Assembly: GCF_009914755.1 (NCBI RefSeq)
Contig: NC_060926.1
Reading direction: 5' to 3' (one strand)
DNA from: the human T2T-CHM13v2.0 reference genome, Homo sapiens
Length of the DNA: 64,000 nucleotides
The notes under the pieces were generated by a model. It made no database searches, was not told the origin of the DNA, and saw only the letters and a list, made by a program, of their open reading frames with translations. The translations under genes and the position numbers were made by a program. Shown here piece by piece: positions 27,120 to 43,261 of this stretch. The stretch's first letter is position 1; the number at the start of each line of letters is the position of its first letter.

Positions 27120-28167
27120 CTTTTAAATAATCACATATTATTTTAATTTTATTTTTTGTTTAGAATCTTAGGATAATTTTCACAAGAATGTAAATATTCC
27201 TTCAATGCATTTTAAGAGTTGCCAATGTAGCATCAAGGGGAAGAATAACATAATCTACATACTTGTTCCAAGTGTTCATTTTTTGTTGTTATAAATGGTT
27301 CTGTTACTTTAAAGTAGTCCTGGAGAAGCAGGATAATAAAACCTCTCTCCCAACTAATCTATCTATACTAAAAATATAATTTGAAGTGGCAGAAATATAC
27401 ACTGGCATTAATCAAATTATTGAGACATTTTCTCATATTAGAAAGTCATCCCTAAATTAGAAAAAATTTTAAAGTCAATTTGTTGTTTTCACTCCATACA
27501 TCTAGAATTAGAATATGTAGAAGGGGATATTAAAGAGAAGGAAATGGTGCATGGTCAAATTTCCAGAAGTCTCCAGCGAAGATTGGGTGGTTGAAAGAAC
27601 CACATAAAATCTTCTTGCCATATTGCAAATAAGAAATTATATGGCTAATATTCATACTTCACCTTTTTTTTGGAAGGACGGAGGTCTGAAAGCATATACT
27701 AAATAAGCACCTAAGATGATTAGTTGTTTCAGAAACACAAAAACTTATTTCTACTCTTAGAAATGAGGTGGGAGAGTATCTAGAAAAGAAGAGCAATTCA
27801 AACAGAAGAGGGCACTCTCTGACCCAGAGTAGTAACTCTGGTGAGGCATGTTTAACAAAATTGTATAAATGAAAGAGGGGAAACCAGATCCATCCACTGT
27901 AATGCCCCACAACCTCCATAAAGGCAATTTACCTTAACTTTTCAGTAATTTATAAAAATAGAGTATAAAAGAAATTAACAGCCAGTCATCAAACTATAAA
28001 TCTAAGAAGTCTTGCAAAAGGTTCACATAAGAAAACAGAAGCTACTAATCCTTTAACTGAGCTAAAACGTGGCCCAAAGACTTGTCTTTTTAGAAAATGA
28101 GTAGTTTGTAAGGAAAATAAAAAGGACTGTGACAAAAGACTACCAAAATTTTATCTTAGAAACAAAT

Positions 28168-28413
28168 GAAGGAAAGGAAAGGAAAGGAGAGGGTAGGAGA
28201 GGGAAGGGGAGGGGAGGGGAGGAGAGGAAAGGGGAGGGGAGGACAGGAGAGGGGAGGAGAGGGGAGGGGAGGGGAGGGGAGGGGAGGGGAGGGGAGGAGA
28301 GGGGAGGGGAGGGGAGGAGAGATGAGGGGAGGGCAGGGGAGGGGCAGGGAGGGAGACAGGGTGGGAAGAAAGGAATGAAAGAAGCAAAGAAAGGAAGAAA
28401 AAAGGAGGAAAGG
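28168..28413. repeat. Polypurine (GGAAA)/(GGGGA)n low-complexity tract
   Basis: ~245 bp that are almost purely G/A on the + strand. Confidence 0.95.
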
Positions 28414-29171
28414 ATATAAAAGACATTTTAGAAGGTGTACTACCAGAAACAATAACTTTTTACAGAAGAAATTCTTCAAACTTTTGACAAAATTAGAGAA
28501 ATATGTTAAGACAGCAGAATAAAATGAAAAGAGAATTTTTGATCTATGATAACACATTGGGACTTTATACAACTAACTAATGTATAAGTTGGAAAAAATA
28601 ATTAACAGAATAGATACAATTGAATACCAAATCAGTGCCATGAAAAATATTCATTTAAAAATTCCAAAAAGTGCAAAGAAAAAAAAATAAAGAAATTAAA
28701 TTTTAAAAGACTCAAATTTCTAATTAATGCCTCCCAATAGAAAAAAAAAATGCGTAAGTCAGAAAAATATAATAGAACAGTTTTCTTAAATGGCTAAAAC
28801 AATTAAATTTCAGATTGAAATGGAGCATTTCTTAGATATTCCTAGCAATATGTACGATAGAAGAAGCCACTCAGTAAAATAATTATGGTGAGGAATTTAA
28901 TTATCAAAATGTACATGTAAGATTAAAATTGTGAGAATTTAAATACTATGTAAATTAAGTTCAAAATTATAGCCTAAGTATTTGCTAAGATCCCTCAAAT
29001 CAAACAATAGGAAATAATATTGAAAAATATAAAAATAAATACATAACCATCTTGTATCTTGGGCTAGAAAATTAACGATGTCTTTATAGAAAACACTCAG
29101 AAAATCACCACATTGCATAGACTGCCACTACACTACCATAGGGACTATTGCTTAAATAACCAGGTTAAAGA

Positions 29172-29663
<492 letters not shown>

Positions 29664-31059
29664 TTATCACTGGCAGTTATGGCCAATGAGACACAATTGG
29701 AAGTCTTCCGGATGGAGTTACTAGAAAAGCTACTGTTTCTCTGATTAAGGAGAATGACAAATGCCGGGGATGCATGTGTTTTGTCCCTTGCCCTTCTCTA
29801 ATTTCTTCTGGAATATGATTCTAGTCTGAACTTGGATTGCCATCTTGACACCAAGACAATGAATCATTTAATTAGTAGAGTGGAACTCTTGAGTTCTAAG
29901 AGTCTGAGTTCTAGGTGATTACAAGAAAAGCTATGCCATTCAATAAACACAACTTTTTACTTATATTGATGTTAACTTTGGATTCAGTTACATGAAGATA
30001 AATGTAATTCCTAGAAATTAACTTTCTCAAGAAAATATAAGGGTAAGAATGCCTGTCAAAAATATGAAGTCAAATTCTAGAATAAGAACAACAATAAAAA
30101 TAAATGTAAATTGGTTAATCACACTTTTTAAGTTTCTAAAAATGAATATTTTTTATCCATCTATATTATTGACAGATATTTTGGACAGCATTTTGGAAAT
30201 ATGAAATTTTAAGAGAAGACACAACATAGATATTAATCTAGGAACCAAATTAAATAGACTAAAAATAATCCATTAATAGAAAAAACTAAATGAAATATAA
30301 CCTATTCATCATTGACTATAATGTAGCAGTTTAAACGATTATACTATATCCAAATATAGTATATCAACTCAAACAACATATAATAATTTTTAAACAATTT
30401 TATAACCTTATAAAATATACACACATGCAATATAGGTTTTTAAAACTTTCTAAATACTACGTATTTTATAATAATGTTACCCTTGAGGATTTACCTTATA
30501 GGTAACATTTAGAAATTTTTTACATTATACATTTATAAAAAACAAAATGTAAATATTGTGAATGTGGAATTAAAAGTTATGCTGTGAAAAATATATATGC
30601 AGCTATCTTGGAACAGGCCCCAGTGCTTACCAATAAACCTGGAATTAGCAGGAAAGGTTGGAGTAAATAAGTGTAAAATGTGTAGCAGTTCCTCTTGCAA
30701 ATCATGCTCTGAAAAGAAAACATTACAAAATTTGGTGTTCAGAAACACAGATTCAAAAATACTATTTTAAATTGTCACATAAAACTATTTAAAACCGTAA
30801 CTAGCAAAATTAAAAATTAAAAGTAAGAACACAGACTGATGAAATTCCTAGGAGAAATTCCTAGAACAAGAAAAAAAGGAAACACAAGACTTATCAATCA
30901 CAAAACTTTAATTAATTAGTTAATTAATTAGAATTTAGAAAAATGGATTTATATCAACAAACACAGATGCTCCACTAGTAAGTAAGCACATCTTACAATT
31001 TAAAATAAATTAGAGTAAAGGGATAAAACATTAAGAATATCTCATATATACAAAAATAC

Positions 31060-31431
<372 letters not shown>

Positions 31432-31525
31432 TAGAGATTGTAAATATGGTAGAAACTTTTTATACCTATTTTATACCTGTACCTTCACCTATTCTCACAT
31501 GTGCACCTTATCAATTTAAAATAAA

Positions 31526-33175
<1,650 letters not shown>

Positions 33176-33514
33176 ACCTCTATCTATACCTATTTCTATT
33201 ATTTCATCACTACAGTCTACTCCCTATATGGCAGCTGAAGGATCTTTCCAAAACTTAATATTAGATTATTTAATGTGCTGATGATGTATTCATAATAACA
33301 TTTTATCTCATTACTACAGTCAGTAAGGCCCCCATGTGATCCGTCCCTTGCCAAATTTCTCTGACCCCATCTCCTATCAGTCTCTCATAATTCATGATAC
33401 TTGAATCACACTGAAAATAGTTCATTTTTTTCCCACAGGCCAAGAATCTTCAGCTTCTACTTCAAATGTACACTTACAAAGCTCCTGTTTCCACATAGTT
33501 GGCTGTTTCTCTTA

Positions 33515-34110
33515 GACTGGCAAAGATTGAAAAGTTTGGCAATAGCAAAAAACTTGCAAGTGCTTGGAAAATAGGTATTTCTATTCACTGCTGATGACAT
33601 TGAAAAGTGGTGTAAGTCTTTGAAGGAAATTTAATGGTAATTATTGACATCTTAAAACCATATACCCCTTGTCGCAGAAATTTTATTCCTGGGAAGGTAT
33701 TGAAAGTTTCTACCTATAAAGCACCCTATGATCCATACATAGAGATATTTATTGCAGTATGTTTATTGCAGAAAGCTGTAATGACCTAAGTGCCCATCAA
33801 TAGTGAATTGGTTGCATAAATTATGGTATTTTCATATGCAGGAAACGATGAAAATATTTCTAAAGAATAAATAAGATAAAAGCCTTAATATAATAGTATG
33901 TATAGAATGATCATGTTTATATTTAAAGGTTAGTATATATGTGTGTGTGCACACATTCACATAAAGCAGTTCCAGATGATAACTTAAGAAAATATAAATA
34001 GTGTTTATCTCAGGGGTTTACAACAGGGAGACATCAGGTAAATGGAATGGAATTTTATTATTTCTAAACACTTCTCTACTGTTTGTATTTTTTTCACCTT
34101 TAATATCTAT
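33515..34110 (+). mobile_element. L1ME 3' remnant
   Basis: agactggcaaagattgaaaagtttggcaata; cctaagtgcccatcaatagtgaattggttgcataaattatggt. Confidence 0.65.
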
Positions 34111-35022
34111 TCTTAAGGAACAAGTTTATCTATTAAACCCTGTACATATGGTGTATTATAAATAACAGAAGCATAATTGCTGAATACAAAGGTATTAAGT
34201 CATTTTGGTTTTTGCTATGTATTAAATGCTATGTACAAAAATTTGCTACTTATAAAGTTTGTGCCAAATTGTACTCCAAACAGAAGTATAAAATGTTTTC
34301 ACTTTCCCAACATCCTTATCAGTTATCAATTATGGATGTTATCAGTTAACTATATACAAACACATCCTAAGTCATATGTGTATTTATATAGATATGTCAT
34401 ATCTATATATATATTCAACTTGAAATAATATTTTAACTTGTATGCTTATTGGGCTTTGAAAAAAATCACAAAAGCATTGGACATTTGCTTTTAAGACATT
34501 CAGTTTATAACTAATTCATAGCTTAGCATTATCCTTAGGTTGAAATAAATGGACTATTAAATATGATTGCATTTAATAACTGGAAGGTGAATATCTATTG
34601 GATTATTTTACTCCTTCAAATTATATTTCTGTATAATGCATAACATTCTCATTATATACATATGAATTGATTTTCCACAAATCTATGAATTACCTATCCA
34701 AATTTACATTCATCCCTCTGAGAAATAATAAAATATATAGTTTATTAGAAATGAGTAAACTGGTGGCTAGACTATAAACAAAGTGGTAAAACTATAAATA
34801 TAGTGTACAGATATAAGCATCTTTTCAAATAGCTTCAGGATTACATTATTATTTTTAATTTATAAAGAAAGATATTAAATATCCAAGAAACAATTAATTC
34901 CATAAATGTATTATTATTGGAATTGCAGGGGTTTTGTGATATATTTTTCAAAATTGTGTGCTTGGATAATATTAAATAATTATTTACAGTCACTTCAATA
35001 TTTTTAATTTTCTTTTTCTCAG

Positions 35023-35139
35023 GAAGCTCTAAATGTACTCACAGATTTTGACATTAATGACAATAACCATAAACATTTTGACATCTATGAAATAAGTCCC
35101 CAGAGCCAAAGGAGCCTGAATTTTCATGCCTTAGAATGA
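35023..35139 (+). other. Candidate exon start (strong acceptor)
   Basis: tttttaattttctttttctcAG|G followed by a 38-codon open frame. Confidence 0.25.
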
Positions 35140-35537
35140 AGGAGCAACCTGAAATAACTGTATTTTGAATCAGTCTTTAAAAGTCAAATAATAAATGACA
35201 GGGAAAGGGATCATAGCATATGTACTCTCCATGGAAACTCTCTGCTCTTGATTTCATGAAGTTCCAAACAGGGGCAAACTGGCTATAAGGAAGGATGGCA
35301 GAGACAAGTACAGCAGTAATGACAGAAAATATTAATAAGCATTCTGACCTCAGGGAAAGCAGCTACCCCAGAAGGAAGCATAATTCTGGAAGAAATTAGG
35401 TTTCAAAATTGTACCTGCATGGCACTAAGTTGAGGATGCCAATTCCTCCTGTGTCCCTAAATATTCAGCCAGGAAAAACTGAAGCCTGTATTCACTTTGC
35501 AATTATATGCTTTCTTGCCTGAAAATCATGGTAGCAG

Positions 35538-36200
35538 TGACATGAACAGGAGACAGGGAAATACTGGGTAGAAGAGGGTGGTTTCCCAGTAAAGGCCCAA
35601 TTGTCAAGCCTGAAGACCCACGGCCCTTTTGAGGACAGGCATTTCTGTTTTTGTGCCCAAAAAGTTGCTTTTTGGTCTTCTACACACCCTATCCTGCCGC
35701 CATATAAACTGGAGACCTTAGCGGGCACACACCAGCAGCTGGACATTGGAACCAGTAGCCCAGCGAAAACAGAACAACGCAGAAGACAAAGAGAGAAGAG
35801 GAAGGACGTCTGGACACCAAGGGGATTTTAGGCAGTGGTGGTTGGAGAACAGTCTGGCCGCTGGGCAACCCAACACCAGGGAAAGACCATCTTCCCACTC
35901 CATCTCCTCACTTCTGGCTCCCCATCCATCTCACTGATAACTGCCTCCACTACTCAGTAAAACCTTGCACTCATCCTTCCAGCCTATGTTTGATCTGATT
36001 CTTCCAGTACACTGGGCAAGAACTCAGGATACAGAAGGTTATCACACTATCCCACTGCCCTTGTGATAAGACAGAGGGAATACTGAGCTGATTAGCACAA
36101 ACAGTTTGCAGATGGCAAAGCTGAAAAAGCACACTGTAACACATGCTCACTTGGGCTTTGGGAGTCAGAGACCTCCACCTCTAGCTGCTGTGGGGCCAGA
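35538..36200 (+). mobile_element. ERV1 LTR (LTR1/LTR28-like), 3'-truncated
   Basis: tgacatgaacaggagacagggaaatactgggtagaagagggtgg start; TATA-like catataaa at 35701; no terminal CA end. Confidence 0.8.
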
Positions 36201-36204
36201 ACGT

Positions 36205-39200
36205 GTTTTCTTTGTCTTGTGTCTTGGATATCAGCTCAGCCACAGTAGAACACAGTCCTAATTAAAGTCATGAGGCCCCCATTTTGGCCATAGTCCCTGG
36301 ATGACATTTCTAGGCACACACTTGGCCAGAATGAAACCCACTGCCTTAAAGGGAAGGACTCATAACCTGCTGACAGCCCTTGGGCCCAGAATAAGCAGTA
36401 GTACCCAGGAATTGCATTGTGGGCCTTGGGTCCAGGTGAGACCTGGCACATTCCAAGCTATGGTGGCTATAATGAGAGACTCCTGTTTGAGAAAAGCAGT
36501 GGGGAAGTAAGAGAGACTTTGTCTTGCACCTTAGGTATGAGGTCAGCCACAGGAAAGTAGAGGATGAAGTGGGCTATTGGGGTCTCAGCTTCTAGGCCTT
36601 GCCTCTTTCATGGCATTACTGAGCCTTCCCTGGGCCAAAAGGGAGCCCATTACCCTCAAGGGTGAATGCCAGGCCTGGCAGCATTTACCAAAAACACACT
36701 GAAGAGCCCTTGGGCTTGAAGTGAATATCATTGGTAAGCTGCAGTGCACCTCATGGGTCTGTGAAGGTAGTGGCCACAGGGTGAAGCTCCTCTGCCTGCA
36801 GAAAGAGGAAGGAGTAGTTGGAAGGGCTACATGTAATGGTTTGAGTGCCAACTCAGCCACAGTATAATAGAACACAGGTAGATTTCTAAAGTTTTTTACT
36901 CCAGACTGGGGCTCCTGGACAGCATTTCTAAACCTATGTGAGGTGTCAGGGGCCTTGTCACCCTTGAAGTAAGAAAACAAGCATGGCTGGCTTCCCCATC
37001 TGCTGATTGTAGAGCCTGAGGGACTTCAGTAAACACAGGCAGTGGCCAAGTAGTGGACACTGCAGCCCTTGGGCAAAACCCAGTTCTGTGCTGGCTTCAT
37101 GTCTGACTCAGCACATGTTTCACTTATTTGTGAGATCTAAAAATCAAGTTGTGAGTGCTTGTGTCACCCCACCCACAGCTCCAGGTGGCTCAAAACAGAG
37201 AGAGAGACTCCTTTGTTTTGGGAGAAAATAAGAAAACAAGAGTCTCTACCTGGTAATCCAGAGAATTCTTCTGGATCTAATCCAAGTTCACCAAAGTATA
37301 CCTCAATGAGTCTGGAAGAATCACAGCATTGCCCTTGGGGTGTCCTCTAAAGTAGATACAGCTTAGATCACAACAGCCAATTCCTTTTGAATGCCTGAAA
37401 AGGCTTCCCCAAAAGGACTGGTAGAAACAAGCCCAGACTGCAAAGACTACCACAGATACCTAACTTTTCAGTGATCAAACACCAAAAGCATAAAACCATC
37501 TAGGAAAGCATGAACTCATCAAATGAACTAAATAAAGCACCAGGGACCAATCCTGGAGAAATTGAAATACGTGATCTTTCAGACAGAGAATTCAAAATAG
37601 TTCTTTCAAGGAAACTCAATGGAATTCAATATAACACAAAGAAAGAACCTGGAATTCTAGCATATAAAATTAACGAAGACATTGAAGTAATTAAAAAGAA
37701 TCAAGCAGAAATTCTGAAGGTGAAAAATGCAACTGATATACTGAAGAATCCACCAGAATCTTTTAATAGAATTAATCAAGCAGAAGAAAGAATTAGGAGG
37801 AGATGAAGTAAAAAAGAGAATAATACACAATGAAGCACACCTAAAATACCTAGAAAATAGTCTCAAAAGGGCAAATCTAAGAGTTGCCATAAAGAGGAGT
37901 TACAGAGAGAGATAGGGGTAGAGAGTTTATTCAAAGGGATAATAACTGAGAACTTCCCAAACCAAGATAAATATAGCAATATTCAAATACAAAAGGGTTA
38001 TAGAACACCTAGCAAATTTAATCCAAATAAGACTAGCTCAAGGTATTTAATAATCTTAAGAGTCAAGTATAAATAATGGATCCTAAAAGCAGTAAAAGGA
38101 AAGAAACAAATAACATACCGTGGAGCTCCCATATATCTGGCAGCAGACTTTTAAGTGGAAACCCCAGGAGAGACTGGCATAATATATTTAAAGTGCTGAA
38201 GGCAAACATTTTATGCTAGAACAGTATATCCAGTGAAAATGCCCTTCAAACATGAATGAGAAATAAAGACTTTCCCAGACAACCAAAAGCTGAGGGGTTT
38301 CAAAAATACTAGACCTGCGCTATCAGAAAAGCCAAAGGAAGTAATTCAATCAGAATGCAAATGACATTAATGAGCAATAAGAAATCATTTAAGGTACAAT
38401 CCTCACTGGTAATAGTAAGTATGCAGAAAAACACAGAATATCATAATACTGTAACTGTAGTGTGTAAACTACACCTATTCTAAGTAGAAAGACTAAAAGA
38501 TAAACCAATCTAAAATAATAATGACCACAACTTTTCAAGACATAGACAATAAAATAAGATAGAAACAAAAAAATTTAAAACTACGGTAATAAAGTTAATG
38601 TGTGGAGTTTTTACGTTTTGCTTGTTGGCTTTTGCAAAGAATGTCATAATAAGCTGAAAACAATGGGTTATAATATAGTATTTTCAAGCCTCCTGGTAAT
38701 CTCAAATCAAAAAACATACAACAGATATACAAAAAATAAAAAGAAATTAAATCACACTACCACAGAAAATCACTTTCATTAAAAGGAAAACTGGAAGGAA
38801 GGAAAGAAGGACAAAGAGACCACAAAACAGGAAACAAATAACAAAATAGCAAGAGTAAATAATTATTTATTAATAATAACATTGAATGTAAGTGAAATAA
38901 ATTCTCTAATCAAAAGACATGGAGTAGCTCAATGGATAAAATAATATGGTCCAATGATCTGTTGCCTACAAGAACACACTTCGCCTAGAAAGACACATAG
39001 ACTGAAAATAAAGGGACGGAAAAAATATTTCATGCCAATGGAAATCCAAATAGAGCAAGAGAAGTTAAACTGATACCAGATAAAATATATTTCAAGACAA
39101 AAACTTAAAGAGGAGACAATAATGATAAAGGGTCAGTCCAACAACAGGATATAATGATTGTAAACACATATGGACCCAACTGCATCTATGGAAACCAGTT

Positions 39201-40335
39201 ATATAGAGCAAATATAGAATCTGGTTATATAGAGCAAATATTCTTAGAGATAGAGAGATTAACCTCCATACAAATAAAGCTGGAGACTTCAACACCTCCC
39301 TTTCAGCATTAAACAGGTCATCTAGACAGAAACAACAAAAAAGCATTGCACTTAGTCTGCCCTATATAACATATAGACTTAATAGATGTATAGAGAACAT
39401 TCCATCCGAATGCTCAACATCACTGATCATCAGAGAAGTGTAAATCAAAACTACAATGAGATATCCTCTCACCCCATTTAAAATGGCTTATATCCAAAAG
39501 ACAGGCAATAAAGGCCTGTGAGAATGTGGAAAAAATGGAAGCTTTGAACACTATGGTGGGCATGTAAATTAACACAACCACTATGGAGAACAGTTTAGAG
39601 GTTCCTCAGAAAACTAAAATTCAGCTATCATATGATCCAGCAATCCTATTGCTGGGTGTATACCCAAAAGAAAGCAAGCCAGTATACTGAAGATGTACCT
39701 GCACTCCCATATTGGTTGTAGCACTGTTTACGATAGCTAATATTTAGAAGCAATGTAAGTGTCCATCAACAGATGAATAAATAAGGCAAATGTGGTACAA
39801 ATACACAATGGAGTACTATTAACAATAAAAAAGAATGCGATCCAGTCATTTGCAACAATATGGATGGAACTGGAGATCATTACATTAAGTGAAATAAGCC
39901 AGGCACAGGAAGACAAGCATCACATGTTTCACTTATTTGTGAGATCTAAATATCAAAACAATTTAATTTGTGGACATAGAAAGTAGAAGGATGGTTACCA
40001 GAGGCTGGGAAGGGTAGTGGGGAACTTGAGAGGGGAAAGTGTGGGTAGTTAATGAACAGAAAATAAAAAAGTTAGAAAGAATGAATAAGACCTACTATTG
40101 ATACCACAATAGAATAACTATAGTCAATAACTTAATTGCATATTTTAAAATAACTTAAAAAATGTTATTGGATTGTTTGTAACTCATAGGATAAATGCTT
40201 GAGGGCATAGGTACTCCATTCTCCATGATGTGGTTATTTCACATTGCATGCCCATATCAAAACATCTCATGTACCCATAAATATACACACCTACTATGTG
40301 CCCACAAAAATTTTTAAAATAAATAAATAATATAA
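36205..40335 (+). mobile_element. L1MA-type element: partial 5'UTR, ORF1, EN, large ORF2 deletion, 3'UTR
   Basis: ORF 37510-37806 is ORF1p-like (DLSDREFKI...KKNQAEIL...RINQAEERI); ORF2 C-terminus (ATIWMELEIITLSEISQAQ); L1MA 3'UTR and tail. Confidence 0.9.
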
Positions 40336-40555
40336 ATAAATTAAAAAAGAAAAAATAGAACAGAATTGTAAAAAGCACATTACCTGACTTAAAACTATAC
40401 TAAAGAGCGATAGTAACCAAAACAGCATTGTACTGGCATAAAAATAGACACATAGACCAGTGGAACACAATAGAGAACACAGAAATAAATCCATACATCT
40501 ACAGTGAACTCATTTTTGTCAAAGGTACCAACAACATACCCTGGGGAAAAGACAA
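40336..40555 (+). mobile_element. Isolated L1MA ORF2 fragment
   Basis: [29 protein letters not shown]. Confidence 0.85.
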
Positions 40556-40585
40556 GTTTGTAATGGGATACAGTAGTAGTAGTAT

Positions 40586-41115
40586 TGTTACCAACAAGTC
40601 TGGTTCCCCAGAAAATGGGGTCTTTCACTGTTCAGTGTTATGAAACTAATATGTAAAACAAAAAGTGGGCATCAAGCAGTGCAGAATTGATTCCATGGCC
40701 ATGAAATTGAGAAGGGGGAGAACGGCTCACTAATAAACTCAACTAATGAGGAGTAAGGGGTTAAAATATAGGATTTCTCTGGTGATGGGATTGAATATTA
40801 AAAATGAGAGAAGGAATAGTCATGTCTTTTCCGGAAATGAGTGGTGAACTTCTGCCTTCATTTAGTCCTTTTAGGGCTTCTTCTGGTCATTGTTATGGTG
40901 AGAGATGGGAATGTTATTTAGCATGGAAATGGGATTATAGTGAAGCCTGAGGTCTTTTTTAAGTTATTTGATTGGCTGTGATGGTTCTAACCAATCTCAG
41001 CTGGTCTGGTTACAAAGGACACTTTTTTTCACAGGTCTCTTGTTTCTTAAAGATAAGCATAACTAGGGCAGGGTAGAAATTCAGCTATGTCATGAAAGCA
41101 TTACACAGGGTAACA
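40586..41115 (-). mobile_element. Solo ERV LTR (family not identified) inserted in a (GTA)n tract
   Basis: Terminal inverted repeats tgttacc...ggtaaca, 530 bp, gtagta flanks on both sides; strand tentative. Confidence 0.7.
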
Positions 41116-41974
41116 GTAGTAGTAGAAGTAGTATTACCTGTAGTATTATCTTCATAATCATTGGAAATACTAGGAACTTTTTAAGTTACATTGTATAAAA
41201 AACAATGGCTGAATTTATTGCAATAAATCTCATGAGTAGGTTCTCAACAAAGATAGTGGTGGTGGGAATAGTGAGGAGAGGATGACCTGAGAACTGTGTA
41301 AGAGAAGAATCAAACACATCTGACCAGTTGGAAATGAGTATAAAATGTAGAAGGAAGAGTTTTATCCTCTAGTTTGGAATTCACAAATAGTAAATTTGGG
41401 GTATATTTCACAAGTAGTAAAACAAAGAGTGTAATACATCAGGATATGCTCTGATACATTAGTGCCTATAGAATTCAGGCTGAGAGCCATATGAGAAGTT
41501 GTTGCAAATACATAGCCTTTTTTCTACTTTTTTAAAGTATTGAGATATTAGGCATCTCTGTGCCGAGCTGCAGGACAAAAAGACCCTGTAGCAGTCAAGC
41601 CCTGCTATTCGTTGCACCTGCTCTGCATGCTCCTCAATGATATCTTCAGATTTGCCTAACAGCCCCATTAATATCTTTATCTCTGATAGCCTGACTCACC
41701 ATATCTTTAATAAAACCCTTGTTCACAGGGTGACCACAATGCCTCTGCTCATTTTAGGTGCCTAAGTGTTCTAGCCTAGTAATTATCTTCCTCAAACGGC
41801 TCCCTTTTTAACCTATGCTTCTAGCAGCGGAGTTTCTTTGTTGCTATGGATTCTGGACAGACTATTTTGTCAATCCTTGAACCCAATATTCTCTTTTGCA
41901 AACAGTTATATACTAAAGTCGATATTTTCTTTTACCTCATTTCCTTGTTAATAGACAAAGACATATATTGAGAA

Positions 41975-42340
41975 TATACTTGTCTGGCATCCTGCTGAGA
42001 TTAGTCCTTGGATTTCTGCTGACTTTAATCTTTATAAATGATCTAGAGAAAGGCAGTGACTGTGAACTAACTGGAAATACTAATCAGCCAAAATTGCTGG
42101 GGAGGAAAGAAGTAGAGGAAGCTACAAACCCAACACAGGTGGAGTCCAATATGCCATGTAGCTAAGTGGGTGTGTGGTAAACTGACATAATAAGGAACCT
42201 TGTGAAGAGCACTACAAATTGGAGATAAATGATTAAGAAATATGTAACACCATTCAGTTGAAATGCATGAAGTTTTGGGCATAATTATGGATCAGTCACC
42301 CCGAAAGGCATTAAATGTGTGAAGCTTCAATTAGACCAGG
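41975..42340 (+). mobile_element. L3/CR1 LINE reverse-transcriptase relic
   Basis: Translation VLGFLLTLIFINDLEKG...PKLLG resembles CR1 RT LGPxLFNIFINDL...DTKLGG. Confidence 0.65.
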
Positions 42341-42878
42341 AAAAGGATAAGATCCACTAAAATAGTATACTTGAAAACAGAATTGTATTTCAATTTATTT
42401 TAACTTTCATTTAAAAATACTAATGAGAGAAGAAACAGAAATGTGGTATCAAGATTTGCTGCCAGAGACTCATTTAAGAAACTGGAGCGTTTGCGTATGT
42501 GTGTTTGGAGTTCATTGCAATTTAAAGTTTTGATACATGCATACACTCATAACTACCACCTAAATCAAGATATACACACATTTTTTATCAGCCTAACCTA
42601 GAAACTGTTCTTAAATCCTCTTTAAAGGCAACCTCACTTTTTCTACAGGAAGCTTCTTTCAGTTCCTTCTATACCCGTAGATTCATATGGCACGAACCAG
42701 GATTTCATATACATGAAATAATATAGTATGTGCTCTGTGTTTGGCCAGCATTTGGCTTCTGAGATTAATTCAAACTGTTTGGTTTATCACTACTTCATAT
42801 CACAACTTTTTAATTCATTATCCCACTGATGGACACTTTCACCATTTTTGTTTGGGGCTCTTTTGTGTGTGTGTTTAA

Positions 42879-43199
<321 letters not shown>

Positions 43200-43261
43200 A
43201 GAAGTCTTTTCTTTTTGAACATATGTTTTAATGTATCTTAGGAATTGGATCATAGAGTAGT

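Noticed and set aside
28129-28572. Gly/Arg/Glu-rich and Pro/Ser-rich ORFs
   Set aside because: Translations of the (GGGGA)n simple repeat.
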